From IMG/VR virus record IMGVR_UViG_3300031965_000329, positions 1 through 25,534 of that record: a stretch of 25,534 nt of DNA; one strand, written 5' to 3'. Each line of letters starts with the position of its first letter. Position 1 is the first letter of the stretch. Source of the stretch: a virus. Its lineage: Duplodnaviria; Caudoviricetes. The notes below the pieces were generated by a model, which was not told where the DNA came from, ran no database searches, and saw only the letters and a program-made list of their open reading frames with translations. This document shows positions 17,200-23,838 of this stretch, in pieces. Both the position numbers and the translations under genes were made by a program.

Positions 17200-18201
17200 T
17201 TGGAAACGCTGAAATTTTCCCGCATTGGCGCCGAAGACCTGAAAACCGGACGTAGCACGTTTGAAGTCACGCTTGGCGATGGCGCCGTGGTGCAGCTCTC
17301 GGAAATCAATCTTGATTCGTTTGACGGACTGCTTTCGAAGGATGACGCTTCAACGTCGAGCACAACCAACCTTCTAAATCTCCGGCATACCACAACCGGT
17401 ACTCCCGCTGCCGGTCTAGGGGGAAAGCTAACTCTACAAGGTGAGTCCGTAGACGAGAATCCATCGGATATGGCTGCTCTAGAAGCAGCCTTTGACGACG
17501 TGGCTGCTGGGTCGGAGGATTCGACGTTCTATGTATGGCTCCGACGTGCGGGCAACGCACTGTCCAGGGCTTTTGCATTCCGCAATACCGGCAACTTCCA
17601 ACTATTGATCTCAGCGGCTTTGACTGCTGCACGTACCCTCACTATTCCCGATGCCACGACTACCCTCGTGGGCACCGACACGACCGCCACGCTTACGAAT
17701 AAAACCCTGACCGATCCTCTCATCAACGGTGGCGGCGGCTCCCAGACCGTCAAGCCGATGGGTGCTAAGATCGATACGACCGCTGGCTCGACTACCGCCG
17801 TCGTGACGGAAGAAGACCTGATTTCCTACACGCTACCAGCCTCTTCGCTCGACGCTACCAACCGTGGCCTGCGGGTCAAGGCTGCTGGCACGTTCGCGGC
17901 CAACGGCAACACCAAGACGATCCGTCTGTACTTTGGCTCCACGGTCATCATGTCGAACAACGTGACGGCGGCTCCGAACAACGCAGGTTGGGAGCTGGAA
18001 TACGAGATTTTTCGCACATCGGCTACAACGGAAAGGGCGATAGGTCGTGGCACCGTAGGTTCCGTTCAACAGACTACGACCTACACAGGTGTCGGTGAAA
18101 CCCTCACTGGCGCACTTGCAGTCAAGGTGACGGGCCAGAACGGGACCGCCGCGGCTGCCGATATCGTGGCTCAATTGCTCTCCGTGACGTTTATCAATTG
18201 A
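17200..18201 (+). CDS. Second tail fibre/spike-like protein
   Basis: AGGAG SD with TTG start; Thr/Ala-rich; RTLTIPDATTTLVGTDTTATLTNKTLT fibre motif; beta-sandwich-like C-terminus. Confidence 0.7.
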   Translation: METLKFSRIGAEDLKTGRSTFEVTLGDGAVVQLSEINLDSFDGLLSKDDASTSSTTNLLNLRHTTTGTPAAGLGGKLTLQGESVDENPSDMAALEAAFDDVAAGSEDSTFYVWLRRAGNALSRAFAFRNTGNFQLLISAALTAARTLTIPDATTTLVGTDTTATLTNKTLTDPLINGGGGSQTVKPMGAKIDTTAGSTTAVVTEEDLISYTLPASSLDATNRGLRVKAAGTFAANGNTKTIRLYFGSTVIMSNNVTAAPNNAGWELEYEIFRTSATTERAIGRGTVGSVQQTTTYTGVGETLTGALAVKVTGQNGTAAAADIVAQLLSVTFIN

Positions 18202-18337
18202 GCCAATCATCTTGCCATTTTCCACAACGTTTACATTGACGCCGTTGTCTAGTTTCAAGGAGATAACCTGTCATTGGTTCAACCAACCGATACCTTTCCC
18301 ATTTCATCCATTTATGTAACCAGAACAGGCACCACAT
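18194..18337 (-). CDS. 47-aa Cys/His zinc-finger protein (DUF1660-like), not in the ORF track
   Basis: MWCLFWLHKWMKWERYRLVEPMTGYLLETRQRRQCKRCGKWQDDWLN; GGAGG SD. Confidence 0.65.
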   Translation of the reverse strand: MWCLFWLHKWMKWERYRLVEPMTGYLLETRQRRQCKRCGKWQDDWLN

Positions 18338-18488
18338 GAAAGAAATCCTCCAATTCGTCAAGGAAGTTGGCCTTCCAGCCGCAATTGCCTTCTACGTGCT
18401 CATGCGCCTCGAACCGGCCATCGCAGCTAACACCAAGGCTATCGTAGACCTGAGCCAGTTGGTTCAGGTCTTGCTAATAGGACGTTGA
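18336..18488 (+). CDS. 50-aa YvrJ/BhlA-like membrane protein, holin candidate, not in the ORF track
   Basis: MKEILQFVKEVGLPAAIAFYVLMRLEPAIAANTKAIVDLSQLVQVLLIGR; one TM helix plus coiled coil at the end of the late region. Confidence 0.65.
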   Translation: MKEILQFVKEVGLPAAIAFYVLMRLEPAIAANTKAIVDLSQLVQVLLIGR

Positions 18489-18507
18489 ACGACTACCAAG
18501 ACGTTCA

Positions 18508-18663
18508 TTAATTGATGACGTTCGCCATCCTCAATAAGATGCCAATGATAAGAACATCAAATACAATCTGAAAAGCCGTGAATATACATAACCATTTAGC
18601 GCGGTCATGTAATTCATTAAATATGATTGTAATCTGTCTTTTTTGTTTATAACCGTTACCCAT
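18508..18663 (-). CDS. 51-aa membrane protein, not in the ORF track
   Basis: MGNGYKQKRQITIIFNELHDRAKWLCIFTAFQIVFDVLIIGILLRMANVIN; AGGAGG SD; AT-rich. Confidence 0.6.
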   Translation of the reverse strand: MGNGYKQKRQITIIFNELHDRAKWLCIFTAFQIVFDVLIIGILLRMANVIN

Positions 18664-18685
18664 ATGAAAGAAATCCTCCTATCTC

Positions 18686-18982
18686 CTACCAATCCGTCCC
18701 ACTATCCGCTACAACGAACCTGATACCGAAATGCTGACCATCTTGCCATGCCTCGAACCCGCCGGTGCCATGTTCTCGATAACCACTTTCCAACATCTCT
18801 GTAAGTAAGCTCCTGGCAGTCTCTTTCATTTGAACTAAACTTGGTACTTGTGCAGGAGTGCCCCATGTCCAATCGGTGAGATTCATCACTTTGACAATCT
18901 TGTCGAAGTCTAAGTTGGCTATCAGACCTTCAATTATTAGTTCGTGGTTTGCAGGTACCTTCATAGCTACCACCGCCCCCAT
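18686..18982 (-). CDS. Phage hypothetical protein (start may be 18964)
   Basis: DFDKIVKVM..WTW...TGGFEA pattern; abuts the DUF3310 stop. Confidence 0.7.
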   Translation of the reverse strand: MGAVVAMKVPANHELIIEGLIANLDFDKIVKVMNLTDWTWGTPAQVPSLVQMKETARSLLTEMLESGYREHGTGGFEAWQDGQHFGIRFVVADSGTDW

Positions 18983-19195
18983 CTAGCGTTCCGCCGCCTT
19001 CAATCGCTCGATTTCTGCCGAAATATACCAGATGGCCTTTCCTAAATCTTCTATCGCGGGACCTTTATTACCAGCCCGCCAAATATATTTGATAGCGTTT
19101 CCAAGACAGAAGTTCATGTGTTCTGTGATCCTGATGCACTCTATTCCAGACGGATGGTTAGTATAGTGCGCAGGGCAATTAACTGGATCGTTCAT
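18983..19195 (-). CDS. DUF3310 family protein (T7 gp1.7-like)
   Basis: DPVNCPAHY, IECI and FCLGNAIKYIWRAGNK; ATGA coupling and GGAG SD. Confidence 0.85.
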   Translation of the reverse strand: MNDPVNCPAHYTNHPSGIECIRITEHMNFCLGNAIKYIWRAGNKGPAIEDLGKAIWYISAEIERLKAAER

Positions 19196-19725
19196 ATCAG
19201 CTCCTTGTATTCTGAGAAGCGCCTCAAAAACTCCTCCACGCAAGGCCCATCAGGGTTGATGCAATCAGACGGCGAATAGAGCCCCAAATACCTCCAAACT
19301 AGTTTCCTAGCATCGTGGTCCTGTGGATAGACGCCTCTTAGAGATACGGTGCCCACCGAATGTACCTCGCCATGAAGAGCACGAACGTCTGCGTCGTGGA
19401 CTGCTTTACGGTCGAAACATGGGTTGACGCTTAGTTCTCGATAGATCGCGTCTTGCAGCTTGTCTTCCAGCAAAGATATTTCGGTAGACTTGGCAGGCTT
19501 CGGTATGTCGCCGGTTATACACTCCGCAGCGTCGTGAAGCAGGCCATGTATCTTGAGCTTGTCCGGTAATAAGTCGCAAACCACGAACGTGTGCAGGGCC
19601 ACGGGCCACCAGTAGAGGCTAGCGCCAGCATAACGCGACTCCCGCGCCAAAGACACGGCGATCGACTTGATCGACGGTGCCGAATCTGGAAACGTCACTC
19701 GCCCTTCGTAGGTATAAAAGTCCAT
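19192..19725 (-). CDS. HD-domain phosphohydrolase (YfbR/YfdR-like deoxynucleotidase)
   Basis: IAVSLARESRYAG, VALH, GLLHDAAE, GDIPKP and HDAD; TAATG start. Confidence 0.85.
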   Translation of the reverse strand: MDFYTYEGRVTFPDSAPSIKSIAVSLARESRYAGASLYWWPVALHTFVVCDLLPDKLKIHGLLHDAAECITGDIPKPAKSTEISLLEDKLQDAIYRELSVNPCFDRKAVHDADVRALHGEVHSVGTVSLRGVYPQDHDARKLVWRYLGLYSPSDCINPDGPCVEEFLRRFSEYKELI

Positions 19726-19844
19726 TATAGCAACACCCTCCAAAGTAGAATCAGGCTCGTCGCTATCGTGCCGGCTAGCACCAAATTCGTCGGCAACGCC
19801 TGGTTAAGCAGGATTACGGCTACGAAGTACAAGTAGAGGCTCAT
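19725..19844 (-). CDS. 39-aa hydrophobic membrane peptide, not in the ORF track
   Basis: MSLYLYFVAVILLNQALPTNLVLAGTIATSLILLWRVLL; GGAGG SD; ATGA and TAATG overlaps. Confidence 0.65.
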   Translation of the reverse strand: MSLYLYFVAVILLNQALPTNLVLAGTIATSLILLWRVLL

Positions 19845-19960
19845 TTCACCCTCCAAAGACACCAGCCACATCCCATTCCTATGCACTTAAACGCATAGCC
19901 TGGACCAAACTTGATCCGCCATAGCGTACAGCGAAAGCAGCGTGGGCATGTCTTTTTCAC
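19841..19960 (-). CDS. 39-aa Cys-rich zinc-ribbon peptide
   Basis: MKKTCPRCFRCTLWRIKFGPGYAFKCIGMGCGWCLWRVK; GTG start overlaps the upstream TGA. Confidence 0.6.
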   Translation of the reverse strand: MKKTCPRCFRCTLWRIKFGPGYAFKCIGMGCGWCLWRVK

Positions 19961-20100
19961 CTCGACCACGACCACGATCCCGACCACGATCCCGACCCCG
20001 ACCACGACCGCGACCCCGACCCCGACCACGACCCCGACCGCGACTGCGACCGCGACCGCGATCCCGACCACGACCAATAGATTAGCCAGACTGGTATCAT
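19957..20100 (-). CDS. (Ser-X)n repeat peptide 2 (47 aa), not in the ORF track
   Basis: MIPVWLIYWSWSGSRSRSQSRSGSWSGSGSRSWSGSGSWSGSWSWSR; ATGA overlap with the Sm-like stop and GTGA overlap downstream. Confidence 0.75.
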   Translation of the reverse strand: MIPVWLIYWSWSGSRSRSQSRSGSWSGSGSRSWSGSGSWSGSWSWSR

Positions 20101-20486
20101 TTCAATATACCGAACGACTCAATAGAAGCCCTTGTTACATACCATTGATTCGGAAGCGGTTGTGCATCTTGCCAAGTTTTCGTTGTTAGTGGTCCTGTTT
20201 CAAATACGATTTGAGGCTTATCTAGCAAAACACAATCGGTATTTACGCCAATCAGTTTGCCTGTGTAAATATAACGCATACAATACAGCGTTATCGTTTG
20301 ATCAAGCAAGGCTTCTAGACCTTCACCTTCAACTTCTGTCACCGTTACTACCTTTTTCATTACGACCTCCGTTTGTTATGCACGTTTATATTCACCCGAC
20401 CCCGACCTCGACCACGACCGCGACCCCGACCGCGACCACGACTCCGACCGCGACCGCGACTGCGACTGCGACCACGATCCCGACCA
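19960..20486 (-). repeat. Two degenerate hexamer arrays, consensus NGGTCG (about 19960-20076 and 20395-20486)
   Basis: 19 and 15 TCG-containing units; the first 30 nt of the two ORFs are 29/30 identical. Confidence 0.95.
20097..20360 (-). CDS. Putative Sm/LSm/Hfq-fold protein
   Basis: GGAGG SD; LEALLDQTITLYC.RYIYTGKLIGVNTDCVLLDK resembles Sm1, and WYVTRASIESF resembles Sm2. Confidence 0.6.
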   Translation of the reverse strand: MKKVVTVTEVEGEGLEALLDQTITLYCMRYIYTGKLIGVNTDCVLLDKPQIVFETGPLTTKTWQDAQPLPNQWYVTRASIESFGILK

Positions 20487-20513
20487 ATAGATTCGCCAGA
20501 CTGGTATCATCAT
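20376..20513 (-). CDS. (Ser-X)n repeat peptide 1 (44-45 aa), not in the ORF track
   Basis: (M)MIPVWRIYWSGSWSQSQSRSRSESWSRSGSRSWSRSGSGEYKRA; GAGG SD and ATGA overlap with the phosphoesterase stop. Confidence 0.75.
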   Translation of the reverse strand: MMIPVWRIYWSGSWSQSQSRSRSESWSRSGSRSWSRSGSGEYKRA

Positions 20514-21988
20514 CCAAACCTCTTCTTCAAGAACTTCATCGACACGAACATAGGATCGAAATTGCCGTTCCGGACCTCGTGCAGCATGACGATGCCACGC
20601 CAGTGCTGATTTCCCAAAGGAGTTAGGTATTTTTCCTTGTGTTGGTAGAACGAATTGTGATGTGGATAGCCTTCGATGATATAGGTGCCAGTGCTGATTC
20701 GTGATCGCACGATATCACGATCACCTAGAAAGTCGATAGATATTACAGTATCGTTCATGTGGTTTGGGCTAGAGATAGAAGCTAATAATTCAGGCCGAAA
20801 TTTAGCTAGTAATCGTTCGGGACGTATCTCGCCTAGTACCTTAGCAATATGCGTAGTACCGCCTTGAATTCTTAGTTGCTTCACGTCACGATGAGTATCC
20901 CAATTTTTACTTGTACGACCACAAAGATTCTCGATTGTAGATTGAATTCGATCTAAAGTTGGCCCTTTCTTTTGATAAATACTAAGCTGCATACATGTTC
21001 CACCCGTAGTTTCTCTGGTATAAAGCGACCCTTCGCCATCATACATACCGGCTAACCAACCTGCTTCATAAGAACGAAGTGGTTCCCAATAATCCAGGAA
21101 ACGTGGAATAGTTGCCCCTATCCAAAGCTCGGCAGTGGTACGCCATTTATAACCTGTTCCGATTTTCACCAACCATTGATGATCTAGCGTAACCTTAAAT
21201 TCTTTACCCGATTGAAGTTTGACGGAGTACACACCCGCCGTATCTAAATCGACCGCCTCGACAATGCCGGTGCGAAAACGCCGCTTTCTCGGTAATGCTT
21301 CTTCGTCAAAGCTAACTACTTTATCGCCGACTTGAAGATTGCCAAGTGGTATGTAATGCAGATCGGCGGTTAAGACTTTATGGTCTGGCGTGAGACACCC
21401 CGCGATGATCGCCGTGATCCGTCCACCGTCCGCCTTGTCGGCGTAGGCAACGTCGAGTCCTTGCTGGTGGCCGGCGACGCAGGAGGTGTGATACGTTGAT
21501 ATAATCTTTCGAGCCGTCGTACATGGTCGTCCCATGACGCCACTAGGGAAGTAGTGAGCGAAGTGGACGCCACCGACTTTGATCGGCTTGAGATACGGGA
21601 CGACTTGCCAGCCCGCCTCTTCGTACTGCAAGTCTTGGAGTCCGATGGTGCCATCAAGCTTAGCATCCGATTCAACAGCTCTAAGGATTCTCTCCTCATG
21701 GTTGCCAAGAGTGAGAATCCGTCTAGGCTTATAGCGTTGCTTTTTGCGAATAGGGTTAAGAAGTAAATCCATGCCTCGGTGAGCTGCGTCAACATCTTTG
21801 CGATATCGTCGTCCTTCATAGGATTTTTTCCCCTTGTCATAGTCTGCAAGGCTTGGCATATCGACGAAATCACCGCCTTGCACGATCACGTCCGGTTCTT
21901 TCTCGGCCAGGTACTTGCCGCACCATGTCAGGTGGTCTAGGGAGATACCATCCTTGACCTGGGTGTCTGGAATATACGCTATCTTCAT
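20510..21988 (-). CDS. Calcineurin-like metallophosphoesterase, intein-containing (about 244 aa after splicing)
   Basis: IPDTQ, GGDFVD, LGNHE, FAHY and AGHQQ motifs. Confidence 0.9.
   Translation of the reverse strand: MKIAYIPDTQVKDGISLDHLTWCGKYLAEKEPDVIVQGGDFVDMPSLADYDKGKKSYEGRRYRKDVDAAHRGMDLLLNPIRKKQRYKPRRILTLGNHEERILRAVESDAKLDGTIGLQDLQYEEAGWQVVPYLKPIKVGGVHFAHYFPSGVMGRPCTTARKIISTYHTSCVAGHQQGLDVAYADKADGGRITAIIAGCLTPDHKVLTADLHYIPLGNLQVGDKVVSFDEEALPRKRRFRTGIVEAVDLDTAGVYSVKLQSGKEFKVTLDHQWLVKIGTGYKWRTTAELWIGATIPRFLDYWEPLRSYEAGWLAGMYDGEGSLYTRETTGGTCMQLSIYQKKGPTLDRIQSTIENLCGRTSKNWDTHRDVKQLRIQGGTTHIAKVLGEIRPERLLAKFRPELLASISSPNHMNDTVISIDFLGDRDIVRSRISTGTYIIEGYPHHNSFYQHKEKYLTPLGNQHWRGIVMLHEVRNGNFDPMFVSMKFLKKRFG
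20654..21397 (-). mobile_element. Intein (248 aa) with a LAGLIDADG motif
   Basis: N-terminal G|CLTPDHKVL, block B VTLDHQW, WLAGMYDGEGS, and C-terminal YIIEGYPHHN|S. Confidence 0.92.
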
Positions 21989-22395
21989 AACCCCTTGCTC
22001 CGCCCATGCGGCCTAGCCATCACGGTATAACGTTGTCCTGATCTCACGACCTTTTTATTCCGGACGTAGTCAGCATCCAACCCTAGCATATCGCAGACCC
22101 ATTCAAAATCGCCTGGCTCGGCGCCCGTTGCGGCGAACCATGCTTTGGCATCGTCGGCATGCAGACGCTTACGTTTAGAGCACCCCGCAGTCTCGCCTAG
22201 TGCTATATCCATAAAAGCCTGTCTCAAGACGCAACTCCATAAAATAGCTTCCTGGGAAGGTCGTGAAGTCGGATCGTTCAGGTTGCCAGCACTTCTAGCC
22301 CCTAAATCCACGTCTGGGAACCCATGCTTTTTCCAATCACGTTTATAACCGTCGATGACGTCTTTCGTTATTAGCGTATCAGTTTGATCGTACAT
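21985..22395 (-). CDS. Phage hypothetical protein, possibly a transcriptional regulator
   Basis: LWSCVLRQAFMD...AKAWF...FEWVCDMLGLDADYVR pattern; AAGGGGG SD; ATGA coupling. Confidence 0.7.
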   Translation of the reverse strand: MYDQTDTLITKDVIDGYKRDWKKHGFPDVDLGARSAGNLNDPTSRPSQEAILWSCVLRQAFMDIALGETAGCSKRKRLHADDAKAWFAATGAEPGDFEWVCDMLGLDADYVRNKKVVRSGQRYTVMARPHGRSKGL

Positions 22396-22407
22396 CGCTA
22401 AGCCCCC

Positions 22408-22581
22408 TTATTTCAATTTGAAACTCCTCGCCTCGGCGAGCGCCTGTCCGCTCTTCATCTCGTCTCGACCCGGTCCAGTGCGCCCTTGATGTCTCAGTCC
22501 ACATTTTAGACAGTGCCAATCCCACATACCCTCGACGGTCGCCTGCTGTATCATGTTGATATAACAGCGAGAGCATTTCAC
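22408..22581 (-). CDS. Small zinc-ribbon protein (start uncertain: GTG 22581 or ATG 22623)
   Basis: KCSRC...WHCLKCG. Confidence 0.55.
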   Translation of the reverse strand: MKCSRCYINMIQQATVEGMWDWHCLKCGLRHQGRTGPGRDEMKSGQALAEARSFKLK

Positions 22582-22606
22582 CCCACGTCCGGTGGCTGTC
22601 TGTTTC

Positions 22607-22819
22607 TTACCGATGGTCTTCATCGAGTAATTCAATCCCCTGTACTCGTCTATCAGTATAGATATCGTCACGTTTCGCTCGAAGGAACGCTTCTACTTCT
22701 TTCAGTTCGACGTCGAACGTCTTATAGTCAGTAACCACAGGACCGCCGACGTGAGAAGCCATGTAATCATTACACGTTCTAATGATGATTCGAATCATGT
22801 TCATCCTCTTCCGATTCAC
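22607..22819 (-). CDS. Hypothetical protein
   Basis: Abuts the RuvC stop; alternative starts at 22804 and 22798. Confidence 0.6.
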   Translation of the reverse strand: MNRKRMNMIRIIIRTCNDYMASHVGGPVVTDYKTFDVELKEVEAFLRAKRDDIYTDRRVQGIELLDEDHR

Positions 22820-23347
22820 TCATAAAGACATCCCCCTCTTGTTCAATCCTAGCAATGCTAGCCCTGCTGCATCGTACAGGTCATAGCCCTTCTTCTCGTC
22901 GCCAGGGAAGGAAATGCCGAACCGGGCTGTGATTTCCTGGGCTACCGTTGCCTTGTCCGCCGTTCCTTTCATGGTGATAACCTTCTTCATGTGCGTAGGC
23001 GAAGACTCAAGTTGTGGTATACGGTGGAGGTCGAGTACGGCCTTCACGACTCCATTCAGTTCTTGAAGCATCGTGAGCACACGGATGCCTCGCTTGCGCT
23101 CAGATCCATGGGTGTAGCGCCCTGCTCGCTGGATAGAACCTTCGATAACGGCCAGGTCTGGCTTTGGCGATGTATCTAAGGCTTTATAGAACAAAGTTTG
23201 TATTCGACCCATGCGCCATTCGCCTGGTGGTATAGCAATGGTCTGATATTGTGATAATTGTGGTATATCAGATTCCCACTCCCATGCCCATTCTAGCCAG
23301 ACGAGGCCCGACCGCGTGAAACTTAAATCAAGTCCTAAGACGATCAC
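22820..23347 (-). CDS. ruvC: RuvC-like Holliday junction resolvase
   Basis: VLGLDLSFTRSG, AVIEG, PTHMKKVITMKGTADK and DLYDAAGLA; GTGA start overlap. Confidence 0.85.
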   Translation of the reverse strand: MIVLGLDLSFTRSGLVWLEWAWEWESDIPQLSQYQTIAIPPGEWRMGRIQTLFYKALDTSPKPDLAVIEGSIQRAGRYTHGSERKRGIRVLTMLQELNGVVKAVLDLHRIPQLESSPTHMKKVITMKGTADKATVAQEITARFGISFPGDEKKGYDLYDAAGLALLGLNKRGMSL

Positions 23348-23838
23348 GTCGCTCCCATGGAGCGAACCCACGGAATCGCTTTAGCGTTAAAGATATAATC
23401 GTGACGGCGATCTACCTGACCTCCGTTATATGCACGCCACCAGTACATAGCCCTGGCCTCTATACCATCTTCCAGCTTAGGCAACCGCATTGGGTTGACG
23501 AGATAGCGCAGGCGGCAAGCTACCACATTCAGCCGCAAGTCCCAGGCTAGCTCCTCGTATGAATGTAACCCTAGCATATGACGGACGCGATCCTTCTCCT
23601 TGAGCCAATCCCATGTAGGCTGCTCAATCGACGCGACCCCAAGCCCCGGTCCGAACGGTCCGTGTTCCGTTACGCCCCCTCGGGGGTACTGACCCAGGGC
23701 TCGGAGTCGGTCGCTCTCGTGCCAAATGGTCTCAGACACGAGAAGGTCCGCGATGGCAGTGTAGGGGATCACTGGACCAAGTAGGAGTAGACTTGGCTTA
23801 ACCACCCCGGCATGAAACTGTGTGAAATTGATACTCAC
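23344..23838 (-). CDS. Lysozyme-like / lytic transglycosylase-fold protein
   Basis: TIWHES (catalytic Glu position), GPGLGVASIEQPT, ACRLRY and AMYWWRAYN. Confidence 0.6.
   Translation of the reverse strand: MSINFTQFHAGVVKPSLLLLGPVIPYTAIADLLVSETIWHESDRLRALGQYPRGGVTEHGPFGPGLGVASIEQPTWDWLKEKDRVRHMLGLHSYEELAWDLRLNVVACRLRYLVNPMRLPKLEDGIEARAMYWWRAYNGGQVDRRHDYIFNAKAIPWVRSMGAT

Larger units (their letters stand above)
18336..18679. repeat. 16-nt exact direct repeat ATGAAAGAAATCCTCC (18336-18351 and 18664-18679)
   Basis: The reverse complement GGAGGATTTCTTTCAT is the SD/leader of two minus-strand ORFs. Confidence 0.9.

Noticed and set aside
18486-18507. Intrinsic terminator between holin and the convergent gene
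   Set aside because: Only a 6-bp stem (TGAACG/CGTTCA) with a 10-nt loop and no U-tract; too weak to call.
19960-20486. CRISPR array
   Set aside because: These are contiguous 6-nt units with no repeat-spacer structure, and there are no cas genes.
19841-20626. ORF-track calls with poly-Val (19841..20077), Thr/Pro (19911..20189, 20132..20626) and Arg-Pro (20373..20609) repeats
   Set aside because: They are alternative frames of the hexamer arrays. Only the Ser-X frame has paired ATG starts, a shared leader and stop/start coupling.
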